64,000 nucleotides of DNA, from the NCBI GenBank assembly GCA_903834925.1, contig CAILLA010000305.1:7115-71114 (forward strand), read 5' to 3'. The stretch is from an uncultured Schlesneria sp. Lineage in GTDB: Bacteria; Planctomycetota; Planctomycetia; Planctomycetales; Planctomycetaceae. Below the pieces are notes generated by a model that was not told the DNA's origin, ran no database searches, and was given only the letters and a program-made list of their open reading frames with translations. How positions within the stretch are numbered: position 1 is the stretch's first letter; each line of letters begins with the position of its first letter. This document shows positions 9,156-18,399 of the stretch, in pieces. The position numbers and the translations under genes were made by a program.

Positions 9156-9254
9156 GTGCCACTGCTTGTCGGTCTTCCGTCAAGCAGTGCCGAGCGACAC
9201 AACGAACGTCGATTTCAAGACACTGCTTCTCCGAGGACTCCAAAGCAGTGGCAC
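9156..9254 (+). repeat. MITE-like double-hairpin element, copy D
   Basis: Full-length copy with both terminal inverted repeats, lying 63 bp downstream of copy C. Confidence 0.85.
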
Positions 9255-9361
9255 ATCAAGATGTAGGCCGATGTAGAATCGTTTACGGCGCAATCCTTAG
9301 TGAGGGATCGTGTCGCGCAATTTGTCACGGGATCAGCCTTGGAGAACGCTGCAGTCGGATC

Positions 9362-9697
9362 TCAGGTTCGGGTAAAGACACACCGCAACAGATCGACGAG
9401 GAAAAATCGAGTCCCTGGAATACCCAGAATCCGAGCCAATAAACTGGATCTGATTCCACGGCCACTCAATGCGATCGTACGATCGGATACTCGTGATTCG
9501 AAAACAGTGTCGACAGGCAATTGTGCCGCCTGTAAGACAGTTTTGCCGTGGTCTTTCAGGGTTGATGCAAGAATTCGTCTCGCAGCACCTACTGATGAAA
9601 AACTCATGACCACTCGTTGATCATCTCCTCTGACGAAAAAGGATTCGCCATTGGCAACGATTTCCATATCAATGGCGAATCCGATTTGAGAAAACAT
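9362..9697 (-). CDS. hypothetical protein
   Basis: 111-aa ORF. Its ATG overlaps the stop of the upstream 76-aa ORF (ATGA coupling). Confidence 0.4.
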   Translation of the reverse strand: MFSQIGFAIDMEIVANGESFFVRGDDQRVVMSFSSVGAARRILASTLKDHGKTVLQAAQLPVDTVFESRVSDRTIALSGRGIRSSLLARILGIPGTRFFLVDLLRCVFTRT

Positions 9698-9699
9698 GA

Positions 9700-9930
9700 T
9701 CAGGCCTGAGTCTTGTCAGCGGTTCGGATTTTCAAAACACCGTTCAACTTCCACGTTGCGTAATTGCAAGCTTCCCCAACGAGGTGGGGAACAGACACCT
9801 CAAGCTGGTCAAAATCATAGGTGATTTCAGCCTTTCGGCCCGTTAAACCATCAAACAATGACATTGCCAGATCTGGCCAGTTTGTCGGTTCTTTTACATT
9901 GGATTCTGTCACTTTAATCTCCTGAGACAA
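9700..9930 (-). CDS. hypothetical small protein
   Basis: 76-aa ORF translationally coupled to the following ORF. Confidence 0.5.
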   Translation of the reverse strand: MSQEIKVTESNVKEPTNWPDLAMSLFDGLTGRKAEITYDFDQLEVSVPHLVGEACNYATWKLNGVLKIRTADKTQA

Positions 9931-9948
9931 TCAGTTTACTATCGACGA

Positions 9949-9979
9949 ATTCTGCCGCAGCCACGCGCTGCGGCAGAAT
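9949..9979. promoter_or_regulatory. perfect 13-bp-arm palindrome ATTCTGCCGCAGC-N5-GCTGCGGCAGAAT in a divergent intergenic region
   Basis: It lies between the start of a minus-strand gene (9930) and the start of a plus-strand gene (10213), so it cannot be a terminator for either. Confidence 0.5.
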
Positions 9980-10040
9980 GACCGCAAGACGAGAATTGGT
10001 TTAACTGGCAAAATGGTTTTTTATTCACGGCTCAAAGGAA

Positions 10041-10060
10041 ACCACCACCACCACCACGGG
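10041..10060. repeat. (ACC)6 trinucleotide microsatellite
   Basis: The sequence reads accaccaccaccaccaccac, in the same divergent intergenic region. Confidence 0.9.
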
Positions 10061-10212
10061 AATACGTCCGTGACGGACAGGAGGTGATGTGACATACGTC
10101 GAAATTTCAAGAAGTGGAGTCACCCAACAACAGCGATCTTGAAACTTGCGGGGAATTGTTGGAACTTTTCCATTGCGTCTGTCGTCGGATGTTACCAAGG
10201 AAACCGATCATC

Positions 10213-11220
10213 ATGAATGCAGCCATTTTGCTTCTTGCGACACTGTTTGCCGCCACCCCTGTCGAGCCGACTGCCCGCTGGCAGGGCATGATTGATGATG
10301 ATTCGCTTCGAAAACTTGCACCGGAAAATGGCTTCCTCGCCGATGCCAAAACGCTTGAGACCGTCTGGAAAGCATGGCGGCCTAACGAGGAAGTTCCCAC
10401 GGTGGATTTCTCGAAGGACATCATCCTTGTGGGGGTGGTTGAAGGGCCAAATCGGGTTGGGATTCAGCCATCCCTCGATAAAAATGGCGATTTGCGATTC
10501 GTGGTAATTGGTACATTAGTTGGTGGTGCAGGCTTCGGCTACCTGCTTCTCAAAGTCAGCCGAATCGGCGTCAAAACAGTCAATTTGAAACCAATTTTTG
10601 CGAAGGTTCCCGACGGCAAGAAGGACGCCGCCACCCCCGTTCCTGCCAAGGGGGAATTGAACGAACTGGAGCAAAAAATGGTGGGTGCGTGGATCGGGCA
10701 TGGCGGGTGCGTGGGAAATTGGGTTTTTCAGTCTGATGGGATGTATTGCCATTCGGATTACGGGCCGGCAGCGGGTGCGTTTGAAACGGGGACGTGGAAA
10801 ATGGAGTGGAGCGAACTGCCGCCGACCCTGGTGTTGACCGGGTATCCGTCGAAGTTCTCTATCGTTCGATTGAACGATGAGCACCTGAATCTCCGCTGGT
10901 CGGGAGATGGCCATGCAAGGATCGAAGAACATCGGCGTGGTACGGAAATGAACAATGTCGCAATCCGAATCAGGATTCTCGATAGTGCCGTTTCACGCTT
11001 CCACGGGCACACAAAATACGGCGCCGGTAAAACCTTCCCGCCGAATCTCAAGACGCTGGTCGAAATAGGGATTTTGCTGGAGGAGTCGCTGCTTGATCCG
11101 TGGGGTAAAGAGTTCAAATACGATGTTTCCGGCAAGCGGAACAAGGGGGAGCAGCCTGATATCTGGACGGAAACACCCGACAAAAAAGTCATCGACAACT
11201 GGTCGGAGAGCGACAAATAG
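10213..11220 (+). CDS. secreted hypothetical protein with a C-terminal GspG-like (type II secretion pseudopilin C-terminal) motif
   Basis: Start trimmed to MNAAILLLATLFAATPVEP (signal peptide). The C-terminus reads LLDPWGKEFKYDVSGKRNKGEQPDIWTETPDKKVIDNW, which resembles the DPWG...Y...PDI motif of GspG C-termini. Confidence 0.6.
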   Translation: MNAAILLLATLFAATPVEPTARWQGMIDDDSLRKLAPENGFLADAKTLETVWKAWRPNEEVPTVDFSKDIILVGVVEGPNRVGIQPSLDKNGDLRFVVIGTLVGGAGFGYLLLKVSRIGVKTVNLKPIFAKVPDGKKDAATPVPAKGELNELEQKMVGAWIGHGGCVGNWVFQSDGMYCHSDYGPAAGAFETGTWKMEWSELPPTLVLTGYPSKFSIVRLNDEHLNLRWSGDGHARIEEHRRGTEMNNVAIRIRILDSAVSRFHGHTKYGAGKTFPPNLKTLVEIGILLEESLLDPWGKEFKYDVSGKRNKGEQPDIWTETPDKKVIDNWSESDK

Positions 11221-11254
11221 TCTTAATGGGTGCGGCCACCTTATTGCTGACTCC

Positions 11255-11764
11255 TCAGAGTGCCGCTCGCTTCTCGGCAATAAATGACAGGTGATGCTGG
11301 ACGTGCCTCACCGCATGCAAAACTAGTTGCCTCAAGGTGACGAGCCCGGTTTCACTGTGGATCGCCGTTCGCTGCCACGCTTCGGTTGGTTGCATTCGTA
11401 AAATGCGGACGACATGTCGGCGCAGGGCAGCAAAAAGAGCGAGTTCATCGGCGAGATCGAACGCTTGAAAGTTCAGCCGTTCGGGATAGGGTCGTTCATC
11501 CACGCCAATTAGCAACGGTCGTTCCAGGGCAATCGTACGTTCGATGCGATCGGTCAGGTAAATCTCTGTACTCGCGATGTGGCTCACAACTTCCAGGGTG
11601 CTCCATTTGCCAGGTATCGGTCGAGCCAGCAGCTGTTCTTGCGACATGCCTGCCACGGCAGATCTCAAGTGTTCAATTCCTCGCTCGTAAGCAGCAATCA
11701 ATTCATCCGGGCCGAGGGATGTGTCGTCCTGTTGTATGACGGTCATGTATTCGGAGTATGTCAT
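11255..11764 (-). CDS. DinB-family (DinB_2) protein
   Basis: Start trimmed to MTYSEYM. The motifs PIPGKWSTLEVVSHIASTE...LVLHAVRHVQHHLSFI show the four-helix-bundle His pattern. Confidence 0.7.
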   Translation of the reverse strand: MTYSEYMTVIQQDDTSLGPDELIAAYERGIEHLRSAVAGMSQEQLLARPIPGKWSTLEVVSHIASTEIYLTDRIERTIALERPLLIGVDERPYPERLNFQAFDLADELALFAALRRHVVRILRMQPTEAWQRTAIHSETGLVTLRQLVLHAVRHVQHHLSFIAEKRAAL

Positions 11765-12056
11765 ATTCGGCGATTCCCCTAAAATCGGTGACCGTGTGCA
11801 GATGGTGGATAGGGTGATGATGCTCGTTGTCTGCGATACAAGATGACAGGAAAACATCCCAAAATTCCCTGATCGGAACAACTGTGCGTCAGGTGCGCAA
11901 CGCTCGCCGAAGGTGCGCAACCGTGGCTGACCTGAATTCGTTTCGGAAATAGAGTGCAACTGACAATCTTAGGAGTGACTAGGGGCGGTTGGAACGGTAT
12001 TCTTTGATTGATCGCCGATTTCGTCCTGAGGGACTGTTTTACGGGAAAAGAGACTG

Positions 12057-15000
12057 ATGTTGGAATTCCAGCTTCGCCAGCAATTGTCGAGTGTGGCTCG
12101 TCGAATTGGTCGCTTGTGGATGTGGCGCCGATTGACGTGGTCGTGGTTAATTCTCTCTCTTCTGGTCGCGGGCTGGGCGGTTGCCGGTCGTCCTGTGATT
12201 CCCGGTGTCGCGTGGATCTTTGCGGCGGGACTCGCGGCGACGCTCGTCTGGATTCGTTCTCGAACTCTGACCACACCAAGGAGGGATGTCGCCCGAAACA
12301 TTGAGCAGGCGTTTCCTGACTTGAATTCGCGTCTGCTGGCGGCAATTGAACAATCTCCCGATGTGCAGACGGGACGAATGAATGTGTTACAGCGTCAATT
12401 AATTTCCGAAGCGGTTCACCATGCACGAATGAACGATTGGACGGAAGCGGTCCCGCCACGACAGATGACTCGTGCTGTGCTTGGCCAGTTCGCGGCGATG
12501 GCATCGTTTGTTGTCGTCGGCCTGATCTCCATGCAGGCTTCGACAAAATCGGCGGCAGCGGTTGCCAAGAACCATGTCTATGTCGAATCAGCAAAGGGTG
12601 AGCTGCCGTTGACTGTTGAGCCGGGCGATGCCGAATTGGAACGAGGAAGCAGTCTGCTCGTTCTCGCTCGCTTCAAGGGAACTCCGCCTGCCGATGTTCA
12701 TGTGATCTGGAAGGGTGCGGATGCCAATGAAGTTCGACTCCCCTTGACGAAAAGCCTGGATGATCCGGTCTTCGCGTCACGAATTCCTGTTGTGAAAGAG
12801 GACATCACCTATCGCGTTGATTTCGATGGGAAACAGACATCTGACTACCGAATCACGGTCTACGATCTTCCTTCGCTGGTTCGTGCGGATCTGCATCTGC
12901 AATTCCCCAGTTACACAAAGCTGGAGCCAAAGACTCTGGAAGACGCGTTCGAAGCAACCGTTGTTGAAGGGACGCAGGTCACAATCAGGTGTAACGTCAA
13001 CAAAGATCTGACCTCGGCGAAACTGGTTCCTGCGACAGGAGCCGCGTTTGATCTGCAACTCGATCCAGGCAGTCCCCATTCGTATTTTGTCCATTTCAAT
13101 CCGACCGCCCGAATGAAGTTAAAGTTGGAACTGGTCGACGCCGCAGGACGAAAGAATCGTGATCCTGAAGAATTTCGAATTGATGTCGTCCCGAATCGGA
13201 TTCCCGACCTGAAGCTGACGTTTCCGGCAAAAGACGTCAAGGTTTCGCCACTCGAAGAAGTGGTATTGGAAGCGAGCGTGATCGATGACTTCGGTCTGCT
13301 TGAAACGGGATTGGTGGTTCAGTTTCCCGGACGAGATCCGATCACACTGCCGCTCGGTCAGGGCTTAAACGGTGGCGAACAACATAAGCTATCATCGATT
13401 CAGAAGCTGGAAGACTTCCGCGTGCAGCCTGATGAATTGATGACTTATTACCTGTATGCGGATGACCACGGACCGGATGGGCAGCGTCGACGGACCAGCA
13501 GCGACGTCTTTTTCGCCGAAATCCGTTCGTTTGATGAGATCTTTCGTCAGGTCGATCAACAAGGTGCGGGCGAGATGCAAAACTCGCAGAAGCCGCCCGA
13601 GTCACTCGCGAAATTGCTGGAACTCCAAAAGCAGATCATTGTCGGGACGTGGAAGCATGTGCGGATGATTGATCCGAAATGGTCGCCAAAGTTTGCCCAG
13701 GACATCGGTCTTCTTCACGAGAGTCAGACACAAGCACTGGTCAAGCTTTCGGTACTGCGCGAAAAGATGAATCAGCCGCAGTTGCAGCCGATTTTTGCCA
13801 CGATCAAGGATGCGATGGTGAAGGCAGAATCGGAATTAGGACGTGCCGTGGCTGAGCAAGGTTTTCCGCCACTGACGGATGCGTCGGTTGCCGAGCAGTC
13901 TGCTTATCAGGGTTTGTTAAAACTGCGAGCGAAAGAGCACTTGCTGATGCAGTCCAAGTCGAAGGGGAATGGTCAGCAAAACGAAGAAAAAGAAAAACTC
14001 GATCTGGAATTGAAGCAGAAAAAAGACCGCTACGAATCTGAAAAGTCGGCTGCGAAGAAGGAAGAAAGTAACGTCAATCGTGAAGCTCTGGCCGTGCTTG
14101 ACCGCCTGAAAGAACTGGCTCGACGTCAGGAAGAGTTGAACCAGCAGTTGAAAGAACTTGAAAACCAAATGCGTCAGGCCAAAACCGAGGCCGAAAAGGA
14201 GGAAATCGAACGGCGACTGAAACGATTGCGGGAAGAACAGCAGCAACTGTTGCACGACTCGGACGAGCTTCGCAACAAGCTGAACAAATCAACTCAGCAA
14301 GAAATGGTCGCTGACACGAAGCAGCAGTTGGAGCAGACGCGACAGCGAATGGTGGAGACAGCAGAAAAGCTGCGCGAGGGACAGGTCTCTCAGGCACTGA
14401 ATGCCGGAACACGAGCCGAACGAGAACTGAAACAGCTTCACGAAGATTTTCGGAAGCAGACAGCCGCTCAATTCGCTGACGCGATGCGTTCGATGCGCGA
14501 CGAAGTCCGTCAATTAGCTGATCGCGAAAAAGAGCTTTCCGAACAGTTGGCTCAATTAGGAGAAGAATCGCGTCGTTCGCTTCGTCAGTCGCAGGAACGA
14601 GCACAGTTGCAAGCCGAATTCCAACAGCAGCAGCAGCAAGCCAACGAAATTGTCGACCATGCCAAGCAAGTCGTTCAACTGGCAGAAACATCAGAACCGC
14701 TGTTATCAAAACAGCTTTACGACATGCTTCGTTCGACGCGCGAGTCGAAGATGGATCAGGCACTGACAGCAACTCAGCAGTTGCTAAAGCAAGGGATTCT
14801 TCCCGAAGCGGCCAAGGCTGAACAACAGGCTCGTTCAGGGATCGATCAATTAAAGAATGGCATCGAACGAGCCGCCGAATCAGTGCTCGGGAACGAAGTC
14901 GATTCGTTAAAGCGGGCAAAGAAAGAACTGGCCCAGCTGTCGCAACAACTCGAAAACGAGATTCGATCCAATTCCAAAGTTGGCGAAGGGGATCAACAAG

Positions 15001-15803
15001 GCAAACAACCGGGCAAACCCGGAAGCGACGAAGGGAAAGCACCCGCAACCCAGGGTCAGGGGAAAGAAGGTCAAGGAAAGGGCGAAGGACAATCGAACCC
15101 TGAAGGAAAAGGTGAAGGACAGGGTGAAGGGAAGGGAACACCTGGGGAATCAAGTCAACCTGGTGAGCCGTCGAATTCGCCGGGCGAAGGAAAGGGGACT
15201 GGCCAAGTTCCTGGGGAAGGCCCCGGCCAGGGTGCGGGCGGTGAAGGGAGTCCTGGCGAGCCCTCGTCTGACGCCAGTTCACAAACGACGACAAAACCCG
15301 AAGGGAATGAACGACCATCGTCGCGTCAAAGTCCGGCGGGTTTACGGAGCGGAAAGGGTGGTGGTAGTCCACGACCGGGTGGCCCTGGTCGCGAGCAACC
15401 ACAGCCCAGCGAAGAGAATTCCGAAATTGGCAGTAGCGGAGGGAACGGGCAAGGAGGTGGGCCACTTACGGGTGGAAACTACGCAGAATTTAACGAGAGA
15501 CTTCGTGATGTCGAATCGATGATCAGCGATCCGCGATTACAGGCGGAAGTACAAAAAGTTCGCGACCGGGCCAGAAGTGCTCGTGCGGAATTCAAACGAC
15601 ATACGCAGACACCGAACTGGGAAATGGTTCGCACTTCGGTACATCAGCCGATGATCGAACTTCAGCAACGGTTAGCAGACGAAATCGCCAAGCAGGAATC
15701 CCCAGATTCACTGGTTCCTGTCGATCGAGATCCAGTTCCGACACGGTATCGTGATCTTGTCCGCGGTTATTATGAAAGGCTGGGATCTGGAAAAGACGAA
15801 TGA
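12057..15803 (+). CDS. large membrane-anchored coiled-coil protein with a G/E/K/P/S-rich low-complexity region (DUF4175-like)
   Basis: 1248-aa ORF. It has an N-terminal double TM segment (WRRLTWSWLILSLLVAGWAVAG), long E/K/Q/L heptad-like stretches between roughly 13.9 and 14.9 kb, and a GEGKG/PGE low-complexity region between roughly 15.0 and 15.45 kb. Confidence 0.7.
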   Translation: MLEFQLRQQLSSVARRIGRLWMWRRLTWSWLILSLLVAGWAVAGRPVIPGVAWIFAAGLAATLVWIRSRTLTTPRRDVARNIEQAFPDLNSRLLAAIEQSPDVQTGRMNVLQRQLISEAVHHARMNDWTEAVPPRQMTRAVLGQFAAMASFVVVGLISMQASTKSAAAVAKNHVYVESAKGELPLTVEPGDAELERGSSLLVLARFKGTPPADVHVIWKGADANEVRLPLTKSLDDPVFASRIPVVKEDITYRVDFDGKQTSDYRITVYDLPSLVRADLHLQFPSYTKLEPKTLEDAFEATVVEGTQVTIRCNVNKDLTSAKLVPATGAAFDLQLDPGSPHSYFVHFNPTARMKLKLELVDAAGRKNRDPEEFRIDVVPNRIPDLKLTFPAKDVKVSPLEEVVLEASVIDDFGLLETGLVVQFPGRDPITLPLGQGLNGGEQHKLSSIQKLEDFRVQPDELMTYYLYADDHGPDGQRRRTSSDVFFAEIRSFDEIFRQVDQQGAGEMQNSQKPPESLAKLLELQKQIIVGTWKHVRMIDPKWSPKFAQDIGLLHESQTQALVKLSVLREKMNQPQLQPIFATIKDAMVKAESELGRAVAEQGFPPLTDASVAEQSAYQGLLKLRAKEHLLMQSKSKGNGQQNEEKEKLDLELKQKKDRYESEKSAAKKEESNVNREALAVLDRLKELARRQEELNQQLKELENQMRQAKTEAEKEEIERRLKRLREEQQQLLHDSDELRNKLNKSTQQEMVADTKQQLEQTRQRMVETAEKLREGQVSQALNAGTRAERELKQLHEDFRKQTAAQFADAMRSMRDEVRQLADREKELSEQLAQLGEESRRSLRQSQERAQLQAEFQQQQQQANEIVDHAKQVVQLAETSEPLLSKQLYDMLRSTRESKMDQALTATQQLLKQGILPEAAKAEQQARSGIDQLKNGIERAAESVLGNEVDSLKRAKKELAQLSQQLENEIRSNSKVGEGDQQGKQPGKPGSDEGKAPATQGQGKEGQGKGEGQSNPEGKGEGQGEGKGTPGESSQPGEPSNSPGEGKGTGQVPGEGPGQGAGGEGSPGEPSSDASSQTTTKPEGNERPSSRQSPAGLRSGKGGGSPRPGGPGREQPQPSEENSEIGSSGGNGQGGGPLTGGNYAEFNERLRDVESMISDPRLQAEVQKVRDRARSARAEFKRHTQTPNWEMVRTSVHQPMIELQQRLADEIAKQESPDSLVPVDRDPVPTRYRDLVRGYYERLGSGKDE

Positions 15804-15981
15804 ACGTTAGAAAAAAGAGTTGAAAAGAAGTTGATTTCCTGGATCATATGAAATAGCGAATACTGGGGTTTCATTACTTCCGTCGCCAAATTCAGAATTC
15901 AAAAGGATTCATTTCCTGCATCGTATAGACTTGTGCCTGAAGGCAACGAGTCTCCTCAGTTTCCAAATTCGGAATGACAGA

Positions 15982-16332
15982 ATGAACGATATTGAAGAAC
16001 TGGGCCAACAAGAAACAATCGTCACGACGTCAAAACCAGCTCCGGTCACTCGGACAAAACGGCAACCTCAGTACATCGTCATCGTGTTGAACGACGACTT
16101 GCACACGTTCGAATACGTGATCGATGCACTCTGTCGAGTTTGCGGTCATTCCCTGGAAGATGCTTATCAGTTGGCGATTGAAATTGACGCCAATGGTCAG
16201 GCGGCCGTGTGGAAGGGTGCGATGGAAATTGCGGAACTGAAACGGGATCAGATCATCGGCTTTGGCAGCGATTTTTACGCGGAAAAACCGGTCACGTTTC
16301 CCTTGGGCTGTTATATCGAACCGCTTACGTAA
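15982..16332 (+). CDS. clpS: ATP-dependent Clp protease adaptor ClpS
   Basis: YIVIVLNDDLHTFEYVIDALCRVCGHSLEDAYQLAIEIDANGQAAVWKGAMEIAE matches the ClpS core. Confidence 0.85.
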   Translation: MNDIEELGQQETIVTTSKPAPVTRTKRQPQYIVIVLNDDLHTFEYVIDALCRVCGHSLEDAYQLAIEIDANGQAAVWKGAMEIAELKRDQIIGFGSDFYAEKPVTFPLGCYIEPLT

Positions 16333-16452
16333 TTTGTGGCATTGTTCTGTCGCGCGAACTGCCAACACCATTGGTTTTACGTTGATCCGCGAAGCCGCTA
16401 GAGTATTTCCATCCCGTTGCGTTTGTTTCACTTCACTGATTGACACCTGAGG

Positions 16453-17877
16453 ATGACTTCCATGAGCCACCGTTCTGATCGACGTGATTTTCTGAAATCA
16501 TCGACCGCTGTCCTTGCCGGCGCGATGATGCCCTACTGGTTTACTTCGGCCAGTAATCTGGCACTTGGTCGGCAAAGCGTAAATGATCGGCCGGTTCTGG
16601 GTTGTATCGGAACCGGGGATCGCTGGAACGCCGTTGGACCGAATGCAATGGCATTTTCCGACTGTGTGGCCGTGTGTGACGTCGACCGCCAGCACGTTGA
16701 AAAGGGTCGCAATCGGGTCAAAGACATACAAAGTAAGAAGGGATTCACTGGCGAACCCGAAATGTATGAAGATTACCGTAAGCTGCTGGATCGCAAAGAC
16801 GTGCAGGTCGTGACAATCGTCACAACCGACCACTGGCACTCAAAGATTGCAATCGAGGCGATGCAGGCGGGCAAAGACGTCTATTGTGAAAAGCCGCTGA
16901 CGCTGACGATTCTCGAAGGTAAGCAGATCATCAAGGTTTTGAATGAAACCAAGCGGGTCTTCCAGGTCGGGACTCAACAACGTTCAGAAATGGAAGCCAA
17001 CGGAGGAAAGGTCAAGAACCAGTTTCTCAAGGCCGTCGCGATCGCGCGCAGTGGCCGATTGGGCAAGATCAACAAAGTGACCTGCGGCATTAACGGCGCT
17101 CCATCAAGTGGCGAAATCCCTGTCGCCGACATTCCTTCGCACCTGAACTGGGACATGTGGCTTGGTCAGGCACCGATGACGGAATATCTTCAAGGGGGAT
17201 TCGGGAATAACAAGAGCTATCCCGAATCGCGAACTCACTACGAGTTCCGCTGGTGGTACGAATACTCGGGCGGCAAAATGACCGACTGGGGTGCTCACCA
17301 CGTTGATATCGGAATGTGGGCACTCGGAATGGATAACAGCGGACCCGTCTTGGTCGAAGGGACCGCAGAACATCCGGTCCCATTTGAAAACGGAATGCCG
17401 ACAGTTTCCAATCGATATAACGCGGCCACTAAGTTCAACGTGACAGCCAAGTTTGAAAACGGTGCGGAAATGTTGATCACCAGTGAAGGTGACAACGGCG
17501 TTCTGATCGAAGGAACGGAAGGCCGAATTTTCGTGAATCGCGGAAAACTGACCGGTGCTCCTGTGGACGATCTCGCCAATAATCCACTCCCCGAATCTCT
17601 GTTAAAAGAACTCTATAAGGGAAAAGACCCTAAGGGTGGCGGAAACGCTCACATGGAGAATTTCTTCAACTGCGTGCATGACCGCGGATTGCCCGTCAGC
17701 GACGTGTATTCGCACCATCGCGCAATGACAACCTGCCATCTGGCAAACATCGCGATTCGACTCGGCCGCAAGATCGAATGGGACCCCAAGACCGAACAGA
17801 TCATCAACGACAAAGATGCTGCCAAGTGGATCACCCGCGAACAGCGCAAGGGCTACGAGATCAACATCAGTGTCTGA
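16453..17877 (+). CDS. Gfo/Idh/MocA-family oxidoreductase with a twin-arginine signal
   Basis: RRDFLKSSTAVLAGA TAT motif, an LGCIGTGDRW Rossmann start and an EKPLTLT motif. Confidence 0.85.
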   Translation: MTSMSHRSDRRDFLKSSTAVLAGAMMPYWFTSASNLALGRQSVNDRPVLGCIGTGDRWNAVGPNAMAFSDCVAVCDVDRQHVEKGRNRVKDIQSKKGFTGEPEMYEDYRKLLDRKDVQVVTIVTTDHWHSKIAIEAMQAGKDVYCEKPLTLTILEGKQIIKVLNETKRVFQVGTQQRSEMEANGGKVKNQFLKAVAIARSGRLGKINKVTCGINGAPSSGEIPVADIPSHLNWDMWLGQAPMTEYLQGGFGNNKSYPESRTHYEFRWWYEYSGGKMTDWGAHHVDIGMWALGMDNSGPVLVEGTAEHPVPFENGMPTVSNRYNAATKFNVTAKFENGAEMLITSEGDNGVLIEGTEGRIFVNRGKLTGAPVDDLANNPLPESLLKELYKGKDPKGGGNAHMENFFNCVHDRGLPVSDVYSHHRAMTTCHLANIAIRLGRKIEWDPKTEQIINDKDAAKWITREQRKGYEINISV

Positions 17878-17906
17878 TGATTTTTGATTGCTGATTATTC
17901 ACTGGG

Positions 17907-17942
17907 CCGGCACTCTCGACCGAGAGTGTCGGCTCGGTTTTT
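17907..17942 (+). terminator. rho-independent terminator candidate
   Basis: CCGGCACTCTCG-AC-CGAGAGTGTCGG stem followed by CTCGGTTTTT, 30 bp after the stop at 17877. Confidence 0.6.
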
Positions 17943-18165
17943 CAACGAGAACATCGAACTTGGGGTGCTAAAACGAGCAACGAGAAACTGCTTCAGACTT
18001 CGAGCACGTGTTCGCACAAAGTTATCTGGTTGTGACGCCCAGTCTTTCCCGGGTAGGAGTTCGGGTTAAAGTAGTAGCCATGGAAAATGAGAAATCGTGT
18101 CAGTGAGAGCGCGGGATGATTTTCGTGTCACTTGATTGTTTCGGAGTCAAAACGAGGAGAGAAGC

Positions 18166-18399
18166 ATGTCAATCACGATCACGCTGGAAGAGGCTCAGGC
18201 AACGCTAAAAGATCTCGTTCATCAATTGGCACCGGGAGACGCCATCATCATACTTGAGAACCAACTGCCGGTGGCGACATTGGAGGGGAAACCTGCGGTA
18301 CTCCACAGGCCAAGAGTTCCTGGCAACTGCAAGGGAATGATTTCATTACTTGTGGAAGACGACGAACACTTGGAGGGTTTTGAGGAGTACATGCCTTGA
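18166..18399 (+). CDS. type II antitoxin (Phd/YefM/VapB-like)
   Basis: Small ORF reading MSITITLEEAQATLKDLVHQL... Its stop overlaps the start of the PIN toxin. Confidence 0.75.
   Translation: MSITITLEEAQATLKDLVHQLAPGDAIIILENQLPVATLEGKPAVLHRPRVPGNCKGMISLLVEDDEHLEGFEEYMP

Noticed and set aside
8990-9254. Possible CRISPR array, since two similar repeats are separated by a ~60-bp spacer
   Set aside because: The repeat units are about 100 bp, contain two internal hairpins and carry terminal inverted repeats. Only two are adjacent, other copies are dispersed and inverted, and no cas genes are present (the Cas4-like nuclease lies far away in the island).
8942-9442. Several 86-118-aa ORFs with repeated peptides (SAERHNERRFQ..., SPRTPKQWHIKM)
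   Set aside because: The repetition comes from tandem MITE-like copies C and D being translated. These are not genes.
11779-12594. 271-aa minus-strand ORF
   Set aside because: It overlaps the start of the 1248-aa gene and the DinB upstream region. Its composition is Ser/Pro/Arg-rich and non-protein-like, and it has no plausible start context.
14074-15465. 463-aa ORF on the minus strand
   Set aside because: It lies entirely antisense to the 1248-aa coiled-coil gene. It is Pro/Arg/Leu/Ser-rich, as expected from reading a GAA/GGN-rich low-complexity region backwards. It is a shadow ORF.
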